This document shows positions 1 to 12,656 of a DNA stretch of 64,000 nucleotides, one piece after another. Within the stretch, counting starts at the first letter, position 1. The number at the start of each line of letters is the position of its first letter. The stretch covers positions 55,205-119,204 of the forward strand of contig JACOSV010000084.1 of NCBI GenBank assembly GCA_016178725.1, given 5' to 3'. The stretch comes from Candidatus Eiseniibacteriota bacterium (lineage in GTDB: Bacteria > Eisenbacteria > RBG-16-71-46). The notes beneath the pieces are model-generated. The model saw only the letters and a list, made by a program, of their open reading frames with translations, was not told where the DNA came from and ran no database searches. The position numbers and the translations under genes were made by a program.

Positions 1-348
1 CGCACGCTGGGCGCCGTGAACGCATCGGATCTCGAGACGCTGCGCCAGGCGGACGCGATCTTCATCGAGGAGCTGCGCCGCGCGAAGTGGTACGACCGCA
101 CATGGCAGGCGTTCGCGGTGCTGCTCCCGGTCGCTACTGTGGGCGTCAAGGGCGACGAGCGCTCGTACGAGAAGGTGATCGCGCTGCGCGCCGTGAACAG
201 CGCCGACGGCATGACCGCCGACTGGACGCGGCTCCCGGCGTCGCTGCTCGGCCGGGTCGCCAGCCGCATCGCGAACGAAGTGCGCGGCGTCAACCGCGTC
301 GTCTACGACTGCACGAGCAAGCCGCCGGCGACGATCGAGTGGGAGTGA
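1..348 (+). CDS. guaA: GMP synthase (glutamine-hydrolysing), C-terminal part; 5' end outside window
   Basis: Open from base 1; motifs [35 protein letters not shown] are the GuaA C-terminus. Confidence 0.97.
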   Translation, partial: RTLGAVNASDLETLRQADAIFIEELRRAKWYDRTWQAFAVLLPVATVGVKGDERSYEKVIALRAVNSADGMTADWTRLPASLLGRVASRIANEVRGVNRVVYDCTSKPPATIEWE

Positions 349-1001
349 TGGCGCGGACCGGCGGAACCGCAGGCGATCCGCTCGAGCCGCTGCGCAGCAC
401 GCCGTGGCTGACCGAGGCGCATCGCAAGGCGCTGCACCTCGGATTCATCGTGCTGCCGCTCATGATCCTCTATCAGCCGCTGGCGTGGCCCCGCGGCCGG
501 GCGGAGTGGCGCTGGGCCCTGATCGTCCTCACGCTCGCCGCGATCGCGGTCGATCTCGTGCGCATCCACGACCACCGCGTCGCACGCTTCTTCCGGCGCT
601 TTCTCGGCGGGCTGATCCGCGACCACGAGCAGTTCAACCTGCTCGGCTCGACCTACCTGCTGCTCGCGGCGCTGCTCGCGGTCGAGATGTTCACGCCGCG
701 CGTCGCGGCGGCGGCGCTCGGGTTCACGGTGCTGGGCGACGGGATCGCGGCGCTGGTCGGCAAGGGGTGGGGCCGGACGCGGTTCTTCGGCAAATCGCTC
801 GAGGGCGCGGCCGGCGGGCTCGTCGCGTGTCTCGCGTGGGCGGCGTGGCTCTCGCGCGCGGGCATCCTGCCGTGGCCGATCGCGATCGCCGGCGCGCTGG
901 TCGCAAGTCTCGCCGAGCTCCTGCCGATACCTCTCGACGACAACCTCGGCATGACCCTGTTCGCCGGCTTCACGATGAAGCTGCTCGGAGCCCCGTCATG
1001 A
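348..1001 (+). CDS. Membrane-bound phytol/dolichol kinase-like (CTP transferase family) protein
   Basis: ATG overlaps guaA stop (TGATG); RKALH, GDGIAALVG, KSLEG, DDNL motifs; multiple hydrophobic helices. Confidence 0.85.
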   Translation: MARTGGTAGDPLEPLRSTPWLTEAHRKALHLGFIVLPLMILYQPLAWPRGRAEWRWALIVLTLAAIAVDLVRIHDHRVARFFRRFLGGLIRDHEQFNLLGSTYLLLAALLAVEMFTPRVAAAALGFTVLGDGIAALVGKGWGRTRFFGKSLEGAAGGLVACLAWAAWLSRAGILPWPIAIAGALVASLAELLPIPLDDNLGMTLFAGFTMKLLGAPS

Positions 1002-1930
1002 GCCCACGCCCGCAGCCGTCGTCCGACGCGCCGTTCGACGCGGCGCTCGCGCTCGCGCGCGCCCGCCGCTTCGACGAGGCGCTCTCCGCGCTGCGTCGGG
1101 CCGCGGGGGCGGGGAGCCGTCACGCCGACGCGGCGCTCGCGTTCGCCGAGCTCGCGCGCACGGCCGAGGAATCCGGCGCCGCGCGCCACGCGCTCGAAGC
1201 GCTCGACGCCGCGACCGCGCTCGCGCCCGGTTACGCCGACCTCCACTACCGCCGCGGCTGCGCCCTGATCACGGCGCAGCGCCACGCGGATGCGCGCGCC
1301 GCGTTCGACCGCGCGCTCGCGATCAACCCCCGCTACGCCGCCGCCCGGCTCGAGCGCGCGTTGCTCGATGCGCGCGACGGCCGGCTCGCCGAGGCGCTGG
1401 CGGCCCTGCGCGCGCTCGACGAGGAGCGGCGCGTCGAGGAGCCCGCGGCGTTCCAGCGTGGGCTCAAGAGCCTCGAGCGCGCGGACTGGGAGGAGGCCGG
1501 CGCGCTGCTCAAGTCGGCGCTCAGGCTTTCGGACCCCGTGCTCGATTCCTTGATCGCGCGCCATCAGGCGCTCATCGGCCAGGGCGAGCACGTCGAGGCG
1601 CGGCGCGCGCTGCGCGAGGCGGTGACCGCGCACCCGGAGTACCCCGATCTCCACTACCTGCTCGGCTGCTGCGAGCTCGAGAGCGGTTTCATCGACGACG
1701 CGATCGCCTCGTTCGCGCGGGCGCTCGAGCTCCATCCCGACTACCACGCCGCGCGCGTCCAGTTCGCGCGCGCGCTCGAGGCGATCGGCGACCTCGCGCA
1801 GGCGGGGGATCAGGTCGCGCTGGTGCTCGATGCCGATCCGGCGCACGGGCAGGCGCTCGAGCTCGAGCAGCGCTGGTCACGCCGGCGCACGCCCGCGGCC
1901 CCGCAACAAGGGCCGCGCAAACGCCCTTGA
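998..1930 (+). CDS. Tetratricopeptide-repeat protein
   Basis: ATGA overlap; repeated TPR units (APGYADLHYRRG, INPRYAAAR, HPEYPDLHYLLG, LHPDYHAAR). Confidence 0.85.
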   Translation: MSPRPQPSSDAPFDAALALARARRFDEALSALRRAAGAGSRHADAALAFAELARTAEESGAARHALEALDAATALAPGYADLHYRRGCALITAQRHADARAAFDRALAINPRYAAARLERALLDARDGRLAEALAALRALDEERRVEEPAAFQRGLKSLERADWEEAGALLKSALRLSDPVLDSLIARHQALIGQGEHVEARRALREAVTAHPEYPDLHYLLGCCELESGFIDDAIASFARALELHPDYHAARVQFARALEAIGDLAQAGDQVALVLDADPAHGQALELEQRWSRRRTPAAPQQGPRKRP

Positions 1931-2008
1931 CCGCGCCGCCCGGAGCCGCCAACCTCTGGCCGTCGTCCGGGCTCGGTTCGAGGTTCTAGCGGCCAGGGAG
2001 GAAGACCC

Positions 2009-2209
2009 ATGGCGCGTGGTACGGTCAAATGGTTCAACGACCGCAAGGGCTACGGTTTCATCACCGCGGAGGGGCAGCCGGACGTGTTCGTCCATTTCTC
2101 CGCGATCCAGGGCAACGGGTTCCGAACGCTTCACGAGGGAGAGAACGTCGAGTTCGACATCAAGGCGAGCGAGCGGGGCGCCGAAGCCTCGCACGTGATC
2201 AAAGTCTGA
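2009..2209 (+). CDS. cspA: Cold-shock protein (CspA family)
   Basis: GTVKWFN, KGYGFI (RNP1), DVFVHFSAI (RNP2); GGAGG SD upstream. Confidence 0.97.
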   Translation: MARGTVKWFNDRKGYGFITAEGQPDVFVHFSAIQGNGFRTLHEGENVEFDIKASERGAEASHVIKV

Positions 2210-2228
2210 CGCGACACGCCCGGACACC

Positions 2229-2266
2229 ACGCGGCCCGATGCTCGAGCATCGGGCCGCGTTGCTTA
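2229..2266 (+). terminator. Probable intrinsic terminator after cspA
   Basis: Perfect 32-bp palindrome ACGCGGCCCGATGCTC/GAGCATCGGGCCGCGT followed by a weak T-rich tail. Confidence 0.6.
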
Positions 2267-2321
2267 TCCCCGGTACCGGCGCGGAACCGGTTTGCTTGAC
2301 ACCCCATCTATATTGCTGCCC

Positions 2322-5338
<3,017 letters not shown>

Positions 5339-5342
<4 letters not shown>

Positions 5343-5602
5343 ACGACGACGTCGCGGTGGAACCGGTGCAGAAGCTGCTGGGGATCGTCGCCGAGCATCT
5401 GGAGCAATGGCTCGACGGCGACGAGCTCGCGCTCGAGCGTCTCGGCGAGGCGCTGCAGGAGCACGGCGCGAGCGGCGAGCAGATGCAGGCCGCGATCCTC
5501 ACGCTGCGCAGCCTCGCCGGCGCGCCGGTGGACACCGGCGTCGGCGCCACGCGGGATGCGTCGTTCGACGAAGGAGCCGCCGATGGCGAACTCGCGCACT
5601 GA
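5339..5602 (+). CDS. Short Smg/DUF494-like protein
   Basis: ATGA overlap with secA; directly upstream of topA, the usual smg position; ALQEHGASGEQMQAAILTLRSL resembles the Smg N-terminal helices; only 87 aa. Confidence 0.55.
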
Positions 5603-8147
5603 CCGCCGCGCGGCGCCCGGTGCGAAGACCGGCACGCCCGCGCGGACCGGAAAGCCCGCGGGACCCACGCGGACTGGAAAGCCCGCAGCGTCCGCGCGGA
5701 CCGCGAAGCCCGCCGCGGCGCCGGCGAAGCGTGCGCCCGCGAAGACGGCGAAGACGGCGAGGACCGGGAAGGCGCCGGCCCGTGCGGCGGCGAAGACCGC
5801 CGCCGCGACCGACGGCCGCCTGCGCTAGCTGGTCATCGTCGAGTCGCCGACCAAGTCGCGCACGCTGACCAAGTTCCTCGGCCGCGGGTTCTCGGTGCTG
5901 GCCTCCAACGGTCACATCATGGATCTGCCGAAGAGCGAGCTGGGGGTCGACGTCGAGAACGACTTCGAGCCCCAGTACGTGCCGATCCAGGGCAAGACGA
6001 ACGCGCTCGCCAAGATCAAGGCCGCGGCGAAGACCGCCGACCGCATCTTCCTCGCGCCCGATCCCGATCGCGAGGGCGAGGCGATCGCCTGGCATCTCGC
6101 CGGCGCGCTCAAGAGCGCGAAACGGCCGATCGCGCGCCTCACGTTCAACGAGATCACCGAGCGCGCGGTGAAGCAGGCGCTCGAGCGGCCGCGCGACCTC
6201 GACATGAACCTCGTCAACGCGCAGCAGGCGCGCCGCGTGCTCGACCGCCTCGTGGGTTACAAGGTGAGCCCGTTCGTGTGGCGCACGGTGCGCTACGGGC
6301 TCTCGGCGGGGCGCGTGCAGAGTGTCGCGCTGCGCCTGATCTGCGAGCGCGAGGATCAGATCCGGACCTTCGTCTCCGAGGAGTACTGGACGATCGAGGT
6401 CGACTACGAGACTCCGAGTCGGGAACGCTTCACGGCGCGGCTCGTGCGGGTCGGCGAGACCGACCTCGAGAACGGCCAGCTGCGTGGCGACGACGTCGAG
6501 CGCCGCGCGCGCGATCTCGCCGCCGAGCTGCGCGGCGCGCCGGCGCGGATCGTGAGCGTCGAGACCACGCCGCGCTCGGTGCACCCGCGCGCGCCGTTCA
6601 TCACCAGCACGCTCCAGCAGACGGCGTTCAACCGGCTCGGCTACACCGCCAAGCGCACGATGGCGCTTGCGCAACAGCTCTACGAAGGCGTCCGTCTCGG
6701 CGCCGAGGGCAGCCTCGGCCTCATCACCTACATGCGTACCGACGCGCCGCGGCTCGCCGGCGAGGCGATCGCCGAGATCCGCGGCTGGCTCGCGGCGCAT
6801 CTCGGCGCCGACTACGTGCCCGAGTCGCCGCGCCAGTACAAGAGCAAGAAGGGCGCGCAAGAGGCGCACGAGGCCATCCGGCCGTCGTCGATCGAGCGCA
6901 CACCCGAATCGCTGCGCCCGTATCTCACCGACGAGCAGTTCAAGCTCTACGATCTGATCTGGAAGCGCGCGGTCGCGTCGCAGACCGCATCGGCCGAGTA
7001 CCTCCAGACCACGCTTGAGGTCGAGTCCGGCCGGCTCGGACTGCGCGCGAGCGGACGCGTGCTCAAGTTCCCGGGTTTCCAGCGGCTCTACGGCATCGAC
7101 GAGGACGACGAGGCCGGCGAGTCACGGCTCCCCGAGGTCGCTCCGGAGACGGCGCTCACCGTGGCGAAGGAGGCACTGCGGGCGGCGAGGCCCGCGCCCG
7201 CCGGCGAGGGCGCGACGCCCGCGGGCGCCGCGGGCGAAGGCGATGGCGCGCCGCTCGAGCCGGTGCGCCCCGAGCAGCACTTCACGCAGCCGCCGCCGCG
7301 CTACACCGAGGCGTCGCTCGTGCGCACGCTCGAAGAGGAGAACATCGGCCGGCCGAGCACGTACGCGACGATCGTCACCACCATCACCGGCCGAGACTAC
7401 GTGAACCGCGACAAGGGCCGGCTCGCGCCCACCGATCTCGGCGAGGCGGTGAACCGCCTGCTGGTCTCGACGTTCCCGGACGTGTTCGAGGTGGCGTTCA
7501 CCGCGCGCATGGAGGAGGAGCTGGACGAGATCGAAGAGGGCAAGCAGGAGTGGCACCGCGTCGTGCACGACTTCTGGGCGCCGTTCAGCCGCGACCTCGA
7601 GAAGGCCGAGCAGTCGAGCCAGAAGCACCGCAAGAAGGTCGAGGAGACCACGGACATCCCGTGCCCGAACTGCGGCAAGATGCTGGTGAAGAAGTTCGGG
7701 CGCCGCGGCCCGTTCCTCGCCTGCCCCGGCTACCCTGAGTGCAAGTACACGCGCCCGGTGGACGACGCGGAGCTGCCGACGCCGGTCGAAGGGACGTGCG
7801 ACCTGTGCGGCGCGCCGCTCGTGTCGCGCAACGGACCGTTCGGGCGATTCATCTCGTGCTCGCGCAGGCCCGACTGCAAGTTCACGAAGCCGATCACGCT
7901 CGGCATCGCCTGCCCCGACTGCGGCAAGGGCGAGATCGCCGAGCGCCGGACGCGGCGCGGCAAGACGTTCTACGGATGCACGCGGTATCCCGAATGCACG
8001 TTCGCCGCCTGGGACAAGCCACGGATGGTGCCCTGCCCGAACTGTGGAGCGCCGTTCCTGGTCGAGAAGGAGACCAAGAAGAGTGGTCTCGTCCTGCGCT
8101 GCCTCAAGTGCAAGTCGCAGTTCTCGCCGGAAACGGTCGGTGCGTGA
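5583..8147 (+). CDS. topA: DNA topoisomerase I with Lys/Ala-rich N-terminal extension; in-frame TAG at 5826-5828
   Basis: AAGGAG SD + ATG 5583; after the TAG the same frame reads LVIVESPTK..NGHI, DPDREGE, AGRVQS, ITYMRTD, AHEAIRP, GRPSTY and C-terminal CxxC zinc ribbons. Confidence 0.93.
5640..5770 (+). repeat. Degenerate 27-bp tandem repeats encoding (A/T)RT(G/A)KPA(A/G) units
   Basis: gcgcggaccggaaagcccgcg / acgcggactggaaagcccgca / gcgcggaccgcgaagcccgcc at 27-nt spacing, plus a later ARTGKAPA copy. Confidence 0.7.
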
Positions 8148-9021
8148 CGCGCTCGAGCGGTTCCTGACCGAACTCGAGGCGCAGCGTCGCGCCTCGCCGC
8201 ACACCGTCGCCGCCTACCGCCGCGAGGTCGCCCGCGTGCTGGACCGCGCCGCGGGCCCGGGCAAGCCGATGGCGCCCGCCCTGTGGACCCGCGAGCTGCT
8301 CGAGCGCACGATGCGTGAGCTCTATCGCGACGGGCTCGGCGCGGCGAGCGCCGCGCGCGCGCTCGCGGCGTGGCGCAGCTTCTCGCGTTTCTGCGTGCGG
8401 CGCGACATCCTCGCGGGCGATCCGGCGCGCGCGTTGCCGTTCCCGCGTCTGCCGCGCCGCCTGCCGCGCACGTTGCCGCGCCACGATCTCGGCCGCGCGC
8501 TCGACCGCATGGCGGGCGGCGACGCCGCGAGCCTGCGCGATCGCGCGCTGCTCGAGCTCGCCTACTCGTCGGGATTGCGTCTCGCCGAGCTGGTGGGATT
8601 GAACCACGGGGATCTCGATCGCGCGCGCGGGCTGCTGCGGGTGCGCGGCAAGGGCCGGCGCGAGCGCATCGTCCCGGCGGGCGGCGAGGCCCTCGCGGCG
8701 CTCGACCGCTACCGCGCCTCGCTGGGCGGCGCGGCGGCGCCGGGATCGCCGGTGTTCGTCAACGTGCGCGGCGAGCGGCTCTCGGGGCGCACGGTGCAAC
8801 GCGTGGTCAAGCGCCGCCTCGCCGAGGTCGCGAGCGGGCTGGGCGTCACGCCGCACGCGCTGCGCCACTCGTTCGCGAGCCATCTGCTCGATGGGGGCGC
8901 GGACCTGCGCGCGATCCAGGAGCTGCTCGGGCATCGCTCGCTCACCTCGACGCAGGTCTACACGCACGTCTCGGGGAGTCGGATACGCAAGGCGTATCAG
9001 CAGGCTCATCCGCGGGCATGA
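8140..9021 (+). CDS. xerC: Tyrosine recombinase XerC
   Basis: GTG overlapping the topA end; ELAYSSGLRLAEL, GKG, PHALRHSFASH, QELLGH, TQVYTH; topA-xerC synteny. Confidence 0.92.
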   Translation: MRDALERFLTELEAQRRASPHTVAAYRREVARVLDRAAGPGKPMAPALWTRELLERTMRELYRDGLGAASAARALAAWRSFSRFCVRRDILAGDPARALPFPRLPRRLPRTLPRHDLGRALDRMAGGDAASLRDRALLELAYSSGLRLAELVGLNHGDLDRARGLLRVRGKGRRERIVPAGGEALAALDRYRASLGGAAAPGSPVFVNVRGERLSGRTVQRVVKRRLAEVASGLGVTPHALRHSFASHLLDGGADLRAIQELLGHRSLTSTQVYTHVSGSRIRKAYQQAHPRA

Positions 9022-10097
9022 GACGCTCGACGCAGCCGATCGGGCCGCGGCGACCCACGCTCTCTGCGGTATGCCCGCCCGTCCTCCTGCTCGCGCTGCT
9101 CGTCCTCGCATCCTGCGCCAAGAAGGGTGCGCCGACGGGAGGGCCGCCGGACATCGAGCCGCCGCGGTTCATCGGCTCGGTCCCCGATTCCGGCGCCGCC
9201 GGCGTCCCGCGCGACGCCCGCATCACGCTCTCGTTCAGCGAGCCGATGGAGCCGCGCGGGACCGGCGACGCCGTGGCGCTCGCGCCGCGCATCGCGATCA
9301 AGGAGCGGCACTGGAGCCGCCACGCCGTCACGCTGGTGCTCGCCGAATCGCTCGCCGCGAACCACAGCTACACCGTGTTCCTGGGCGGCGGCGCGCGCGA
9401 TCTGCATGGCAACGCGCTGGCCGGCCGCTCGACGCTGGTGTTCACCACCGCGCCGACCCTGCCGCCCGGCGTGCTCGAAGGCCGGATCGAGGCGCGCGGG
9501 TTCAGCGCCGGCGGCACGTACGTCTGGTGCTACGACGCCGCGACGGGCCACGAGCCCGACAGCACCGCGCGCGACTTCGACGCTGTCGGGATCACCGACG
9601 CCGAGGGCCAGTTTCGCGTCGTCGGGCTGATGGTCCCCGGGCGCTACCGGCTCTGGGTGTTCGCCGACCTCAACAACAACCGCTCGTTCGAGCCGCAGAG
9701 CGACATCCTCGCGCCGGTGGACACCGTGTTCACGCTCGGGACCGACCATCCCGCGCTCTCCGGGTTCGCGGTGACGGTGGTCAACCCGCGCGCGCCGGGG
9801 CGCATCCGGGGCGCTGTGCTAGACTCGCTCGGCAGCCGCGAAGGAACGCTGGCGATCGTCGCGGTCGCGGCCGACGACAGCACGCGGCGCGTGCCCGGCA
9901 TCGTCGACGACCAGGGTGCGTTCAATCTGGAGCTCGCCGCCGGCACGTGGATCCTGCGGGCGTGGCGCGACGTCGATCGCAGCCGCACCTGGCAGCCTGC
10001 CACCGAGCCGGCCAGCGCGCCGCAGCGCTTCGTCGTCCCGCCGGCCGGCGACATCGTCGAGGTGAAGCTGGTGCTCGTGCGACCGGGCGGCCGGTGA
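9018..10097 (+). CDS. Ig-like (Big_5) domain lipoprotein
   Basis: Lipobox LASC followed by AKKGAPTGGPPD..PP, FSEPM, RDLHGN; DLNNN Ca-binding-like loop. Confidence 0.85.
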   Translation: MRRSTQPIGPRRPTLSAVCPPVLLLALLVLASCAKKGAPTGGPPDIEPPRFIGSVPDSGAAGVPRDARITLSFSEPMEPRGTGDAVALAPRIAIKERHWSRHAVTLVLAESLAANHSYTVFLGGGARDLHGNALAGRSTLVFTTAPTLPPGVLEGRIEARGFSAGGTYVWCYDAATGHEPDSTARDFDAVGITDAEGQFRVVGLMVPGRYRLWVFADLNNNRSFEPQSDILAPVDTVFTLGTDHPALSGFAVTVVNPRAPGRIRGAVLDSLGSREGTLAIVAVAADDSTRRVPGIVDDQGAFNLELAAGTWILRAWRDVDRSRTWQPATEPASAPQRFVVPPAGDIVEVKLVLVRPGGR

Positions 10098-10104
10098 GGT
10101 CCCG

Positions 10105-10959
10105 ATGACGATCCGCTTCGTGAAGATGCACGGCGCCGCCAACGATTTCGTCGTGATCGACCATCGCGCGCCGTTCCTGCCCGAGGACGAGGCCGCGCGC
10201 ATGGCGCTCGTGCGGCGGCTGTGCGACCGGCGCCGCGGCGTCGGCGCCGACGGCGTGCTGCTGCTCGATCGCGACCAGGATCACGACTTCGCGATGCGCT
10301 ACTTCAACGCCGACGGCGGCGCCGCGGACTTCTGCGGCAACGGTGCGCGCTGCCTCGCGCGCTTCGCGCTGGACCTCGGCCTCGGCCGGGCGGGCGAGGT
10401 GCGCTTCGCGACGCCGGTCGGCGCGATGCGCGCGCGGCGCGGCGCCGACGGAGCGATCGAGGTCGCGGTGGGCGAGGTGGACGGGGCGGGCGCGGTCGAG
10501 ACGGTCGCCGCCGCCGGCCGCGAGTTCGCCGGGCGCGCGTCGCGGCCCGGCGTGCCGCACTTCGTCGTGCCGGTCGACCGCCTCGAGCAGGCGCCGGTCG
10601 CGGAATGGGGCGCGGCGCTCCGCCGGCACCCGCGCTTCGCGCCCGAGGGCGCGAACGTGGACTTCGTGACGCGGCTCGGCGCGGGGCGCGTGGCGATACG
10701 CACGTACGAGCGCGGCGTCGAGGGCGAGACGCTGGCGTGCGGGAGCGGGGCGATCGCCGCGGCGCTGTGGGCCGTGGCCGAGGGCGAGCGGCCGCCGATC
10801 GCGGTGCGCACGGCAGGCGGCGACGAGCTGCAGGTGGGGCTGACGCCGCATCGTGCGGGCTGGGAGGCGAGCCTCGGCGGACCGACGGCGATCGCGTATC
10901 GCGGTGAGTGGACCGAACCGGCCGGAGTCGCGTCGGCGGCGACCGGCGCTCCGGCATAG
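10105..10959 (+). CDS. dapF: Diaminopimelate epimerase
   Basis: FVKMHGAANDF, CGNGARC, RTYERGVEGETLACGSG. Confidence 0.97.
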   Translation: MTIRFVKMHGAANDFVVIDHRAPFLPEDEAARMALVRRLCDRRRGVGADGVLLLDRDQDHDFAMRYFNADGGAADFCGNGARCLARFALDLGLGRAGEVRFATPVGAMRARRGADGAIEVAVGEVDGAGAVETVAAAGREFAGRASRPGVPHFVVPVDRLEQAPVAEWGAALRRHPRFAPEGANVDFVTRLGAGRVAIRTYERGVEGETLACGSGAIAAALWAVAEGERPPIAVRTAGGDELQVGLTPHRAGWEASLGGPTAIAYRGEWTEPAGVASAATGAPA

Positions 10960-10967
10960 GAGGGACG

Positions 10968-11861
10968 ATGTTCGACGGCATGACGGTGGCGATGGTGACG
11001 CCCTTTCGCAAGGGGGCGGTGGATCTCGAGGCGACCGGCCGGTTGATCGATTTCCTGATCGAGGGCGGCACCGAGTGCATCGTGATCTCGGGCTCGACCG
11101 GCGAGGCGGCGACCTGCACCGTCGACGAGCGCCGCGCGCTGTGGCGATTCGCGAAGGAGCGCGCGCGCGGCCGCGTGCCGCTCGTGGCCGGGACCGGTAC
11201 CAACAACACCGCCGAGAGCATCGCGCTCACGCGCATGGCCGAGGAACTCGGCCTCGACGGGGCGATGATCGTGACGCCGTTCTACAACAAGCCGACGCCC
11301 AAGGGGCAGATCGCGCACTTCACCACGGTGGCGAAGAGCACGCGGCTCCCGCTCATCCTCTACAACGTGCCCGGGCGCACCGCCACCAACACGATGCCCG
11401 AGACGTTCGAGCAGGTGCAGGGCATCACGAACATCGTCGCGGTGAAGGAGGCCTCGGGCAGCCTCGATCAGGCGAGCGCGATCCGCGCCCGCACGTCGCT
11501 CACGCTGCTCTCGGGCGACGACTCGCTGACGCTGCCGATGATCGCGGTCGGCGCGTCCGGCATCATCTCGGTCGCCGGCAACGCCGCGCCGCGCGCGATG
11601 CGCACGCTGACCGACCACGCGCGCGCCGGGCGCCTCGCCGAGGCCGAGCAGTCGCACCGCACGCTGCTGCCGCTCTTCCGCGCGCTGTTCGTCGAGTCGA
11701 ACCCCGGTCCGGTCAAGTTCCTGCTCTCGGCGATGGGGCTGATCGAGAACGAGCTGCGCCTGCCGCTGGTCCCGGTGGAGCCGGCGACCGAGAAGACCGT
11801 GCTCGCGGCCGCGACCGTCGCCGGGATCGCGCTGCCGGACCTCGCGCGGGCGCGGGCGTGA
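10968..11861 (+). CDS. dapA: 4-hydroxy-tetrahydrodipicolinate synthase
   Basis: GSTGE, ILYNVPGRT, AVKEASG, SGDD, ESNPGPVK; GGAGG SD. Confidence 0.97.
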   Translation: MFDGMTVAMVTPFRKGAVDLEATGRLIDFLIEGGTECIVISGSTGEAATCTVDERRALWRFAKERARGRVPLVAGTGTNNTAESIALTRMAEELGLDGAMIVTPFYNKPTPKGQIAHFTTVAKSTRLPLILYNVPGRTATNTMPETFEQVQGITNIVAVKEASGSLDQASAIRARTSLTLLSGDDSLTLPMIAVGASGIISVAGNAAPRAMRTLTDHARAGRLAEAEQSHRTLLPLFRALFVESNPGPVKFLLSAMGLIENELRLPLVPVEPATEKTVLAAATVAGIALPDLARARA

Positions 11862-12643
11862 CGGAGATCGTCCTCGTCGGCGCTGCCGGCCGCATGGGAC
11901 GGGCGATCACCGAGGCGCTCGCGGGCGCCTCGGATCTCGCGCTCAAGGCGAGCGTCGAGCGCGGCGAAGCGATCCCGCCCGGCGCGGGGCGGACGTGGTC
12001 GAACGACCTCGGCGCCGCGGTCGCCGGCGGCGACGTGGTCGTCGAGTTCAGCACGCCGGGCGTCGCGGTCGCCGCGGCGCGGCTCTGCGCCGAGCGCGGC
12101 GCGGCGCTGGTCTCGGGCACCACCGGCCTCGACGCGGACGCCGAGCGCGCAATCCGCGACGCCGCCGCGCGGGTCGCCGTCGTACGCGCGGCGAACTTCA
12201 GCCTCGGCGTCCTGGCGCTGCGCCGCGCGCTCGAGGCCGCGCTGGCCGCGCTGCCGCCGAGCTGGGACATCGAGATCGTCGAGCGCCATCATCGCGGCAA
12301 GCAGGACGCCCCCTCGGGCACGGCGCTGATGCTCGGGCGGCAGGCAGTCGAGCGCCGCGGCTACGCGGCGGCGGCGCTGCGCACCGGCCGGACCGGCCGC
12401 GGCCTGCGCCCGCGCGAAGAGGTCGCGATCCACTCGCTGCGCGGCGGCACCTGGATCGGCGACCACGCCGTGGTGATCGCCGGGGCGGGGGAGTGGCTCG
12501 AGCTGCGGCACGTGGCCGAGGATCGCGCGGCGTTCGCGAACGGCGTGCTGGCCGCCGCGCGTTTCGTGGCCGGCGCGTCGCCCGGCCTCTATACTCTCGA
12601 GCACGTCGCGGGGGCCGCCGCCGGAGCCGCGGCGTCGGGGTGA
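11858..12643 (+). CDS. dapB: 4-hydroxy-tetrahydrodipicolinate reductase
   Basis: GAAGRMG, SGTTG, ANFSLG, ERHHRGKQDAPSGTA; GTGA overlap with dapA. Confidence 0.96.
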   Translation: MTEIVLVGAAGRMGRAITEALAGASDLALKASVERGEAIPPGAGRTWSNDLGAAVAGGDVVVEFSTPGVAVAAARLCAERGAALVSGTTGLDADAERAIRDAAARVAVVRAANFSLGVLALRRALEAALAALPPSWDIEIVERHHRGKQDAPSGTALMLGRQAVERRGYAAAALRTGRTGRGLRPREEVAIHSLRGGTWIGDHAVVIAGAGEWLELRHVAEDRAAFANGVLAAARFVAGASPGLYTLEHVAGAAAGAAASG

Positions 12644-12656
12644 TTTCGGAGAGGGT

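Noticed and set aside
5640..5770. 27-bp repeats as a CRISPR array
   Set aside because: Degenerate, in-frame coding repeats with no unique spacers and no cas genes
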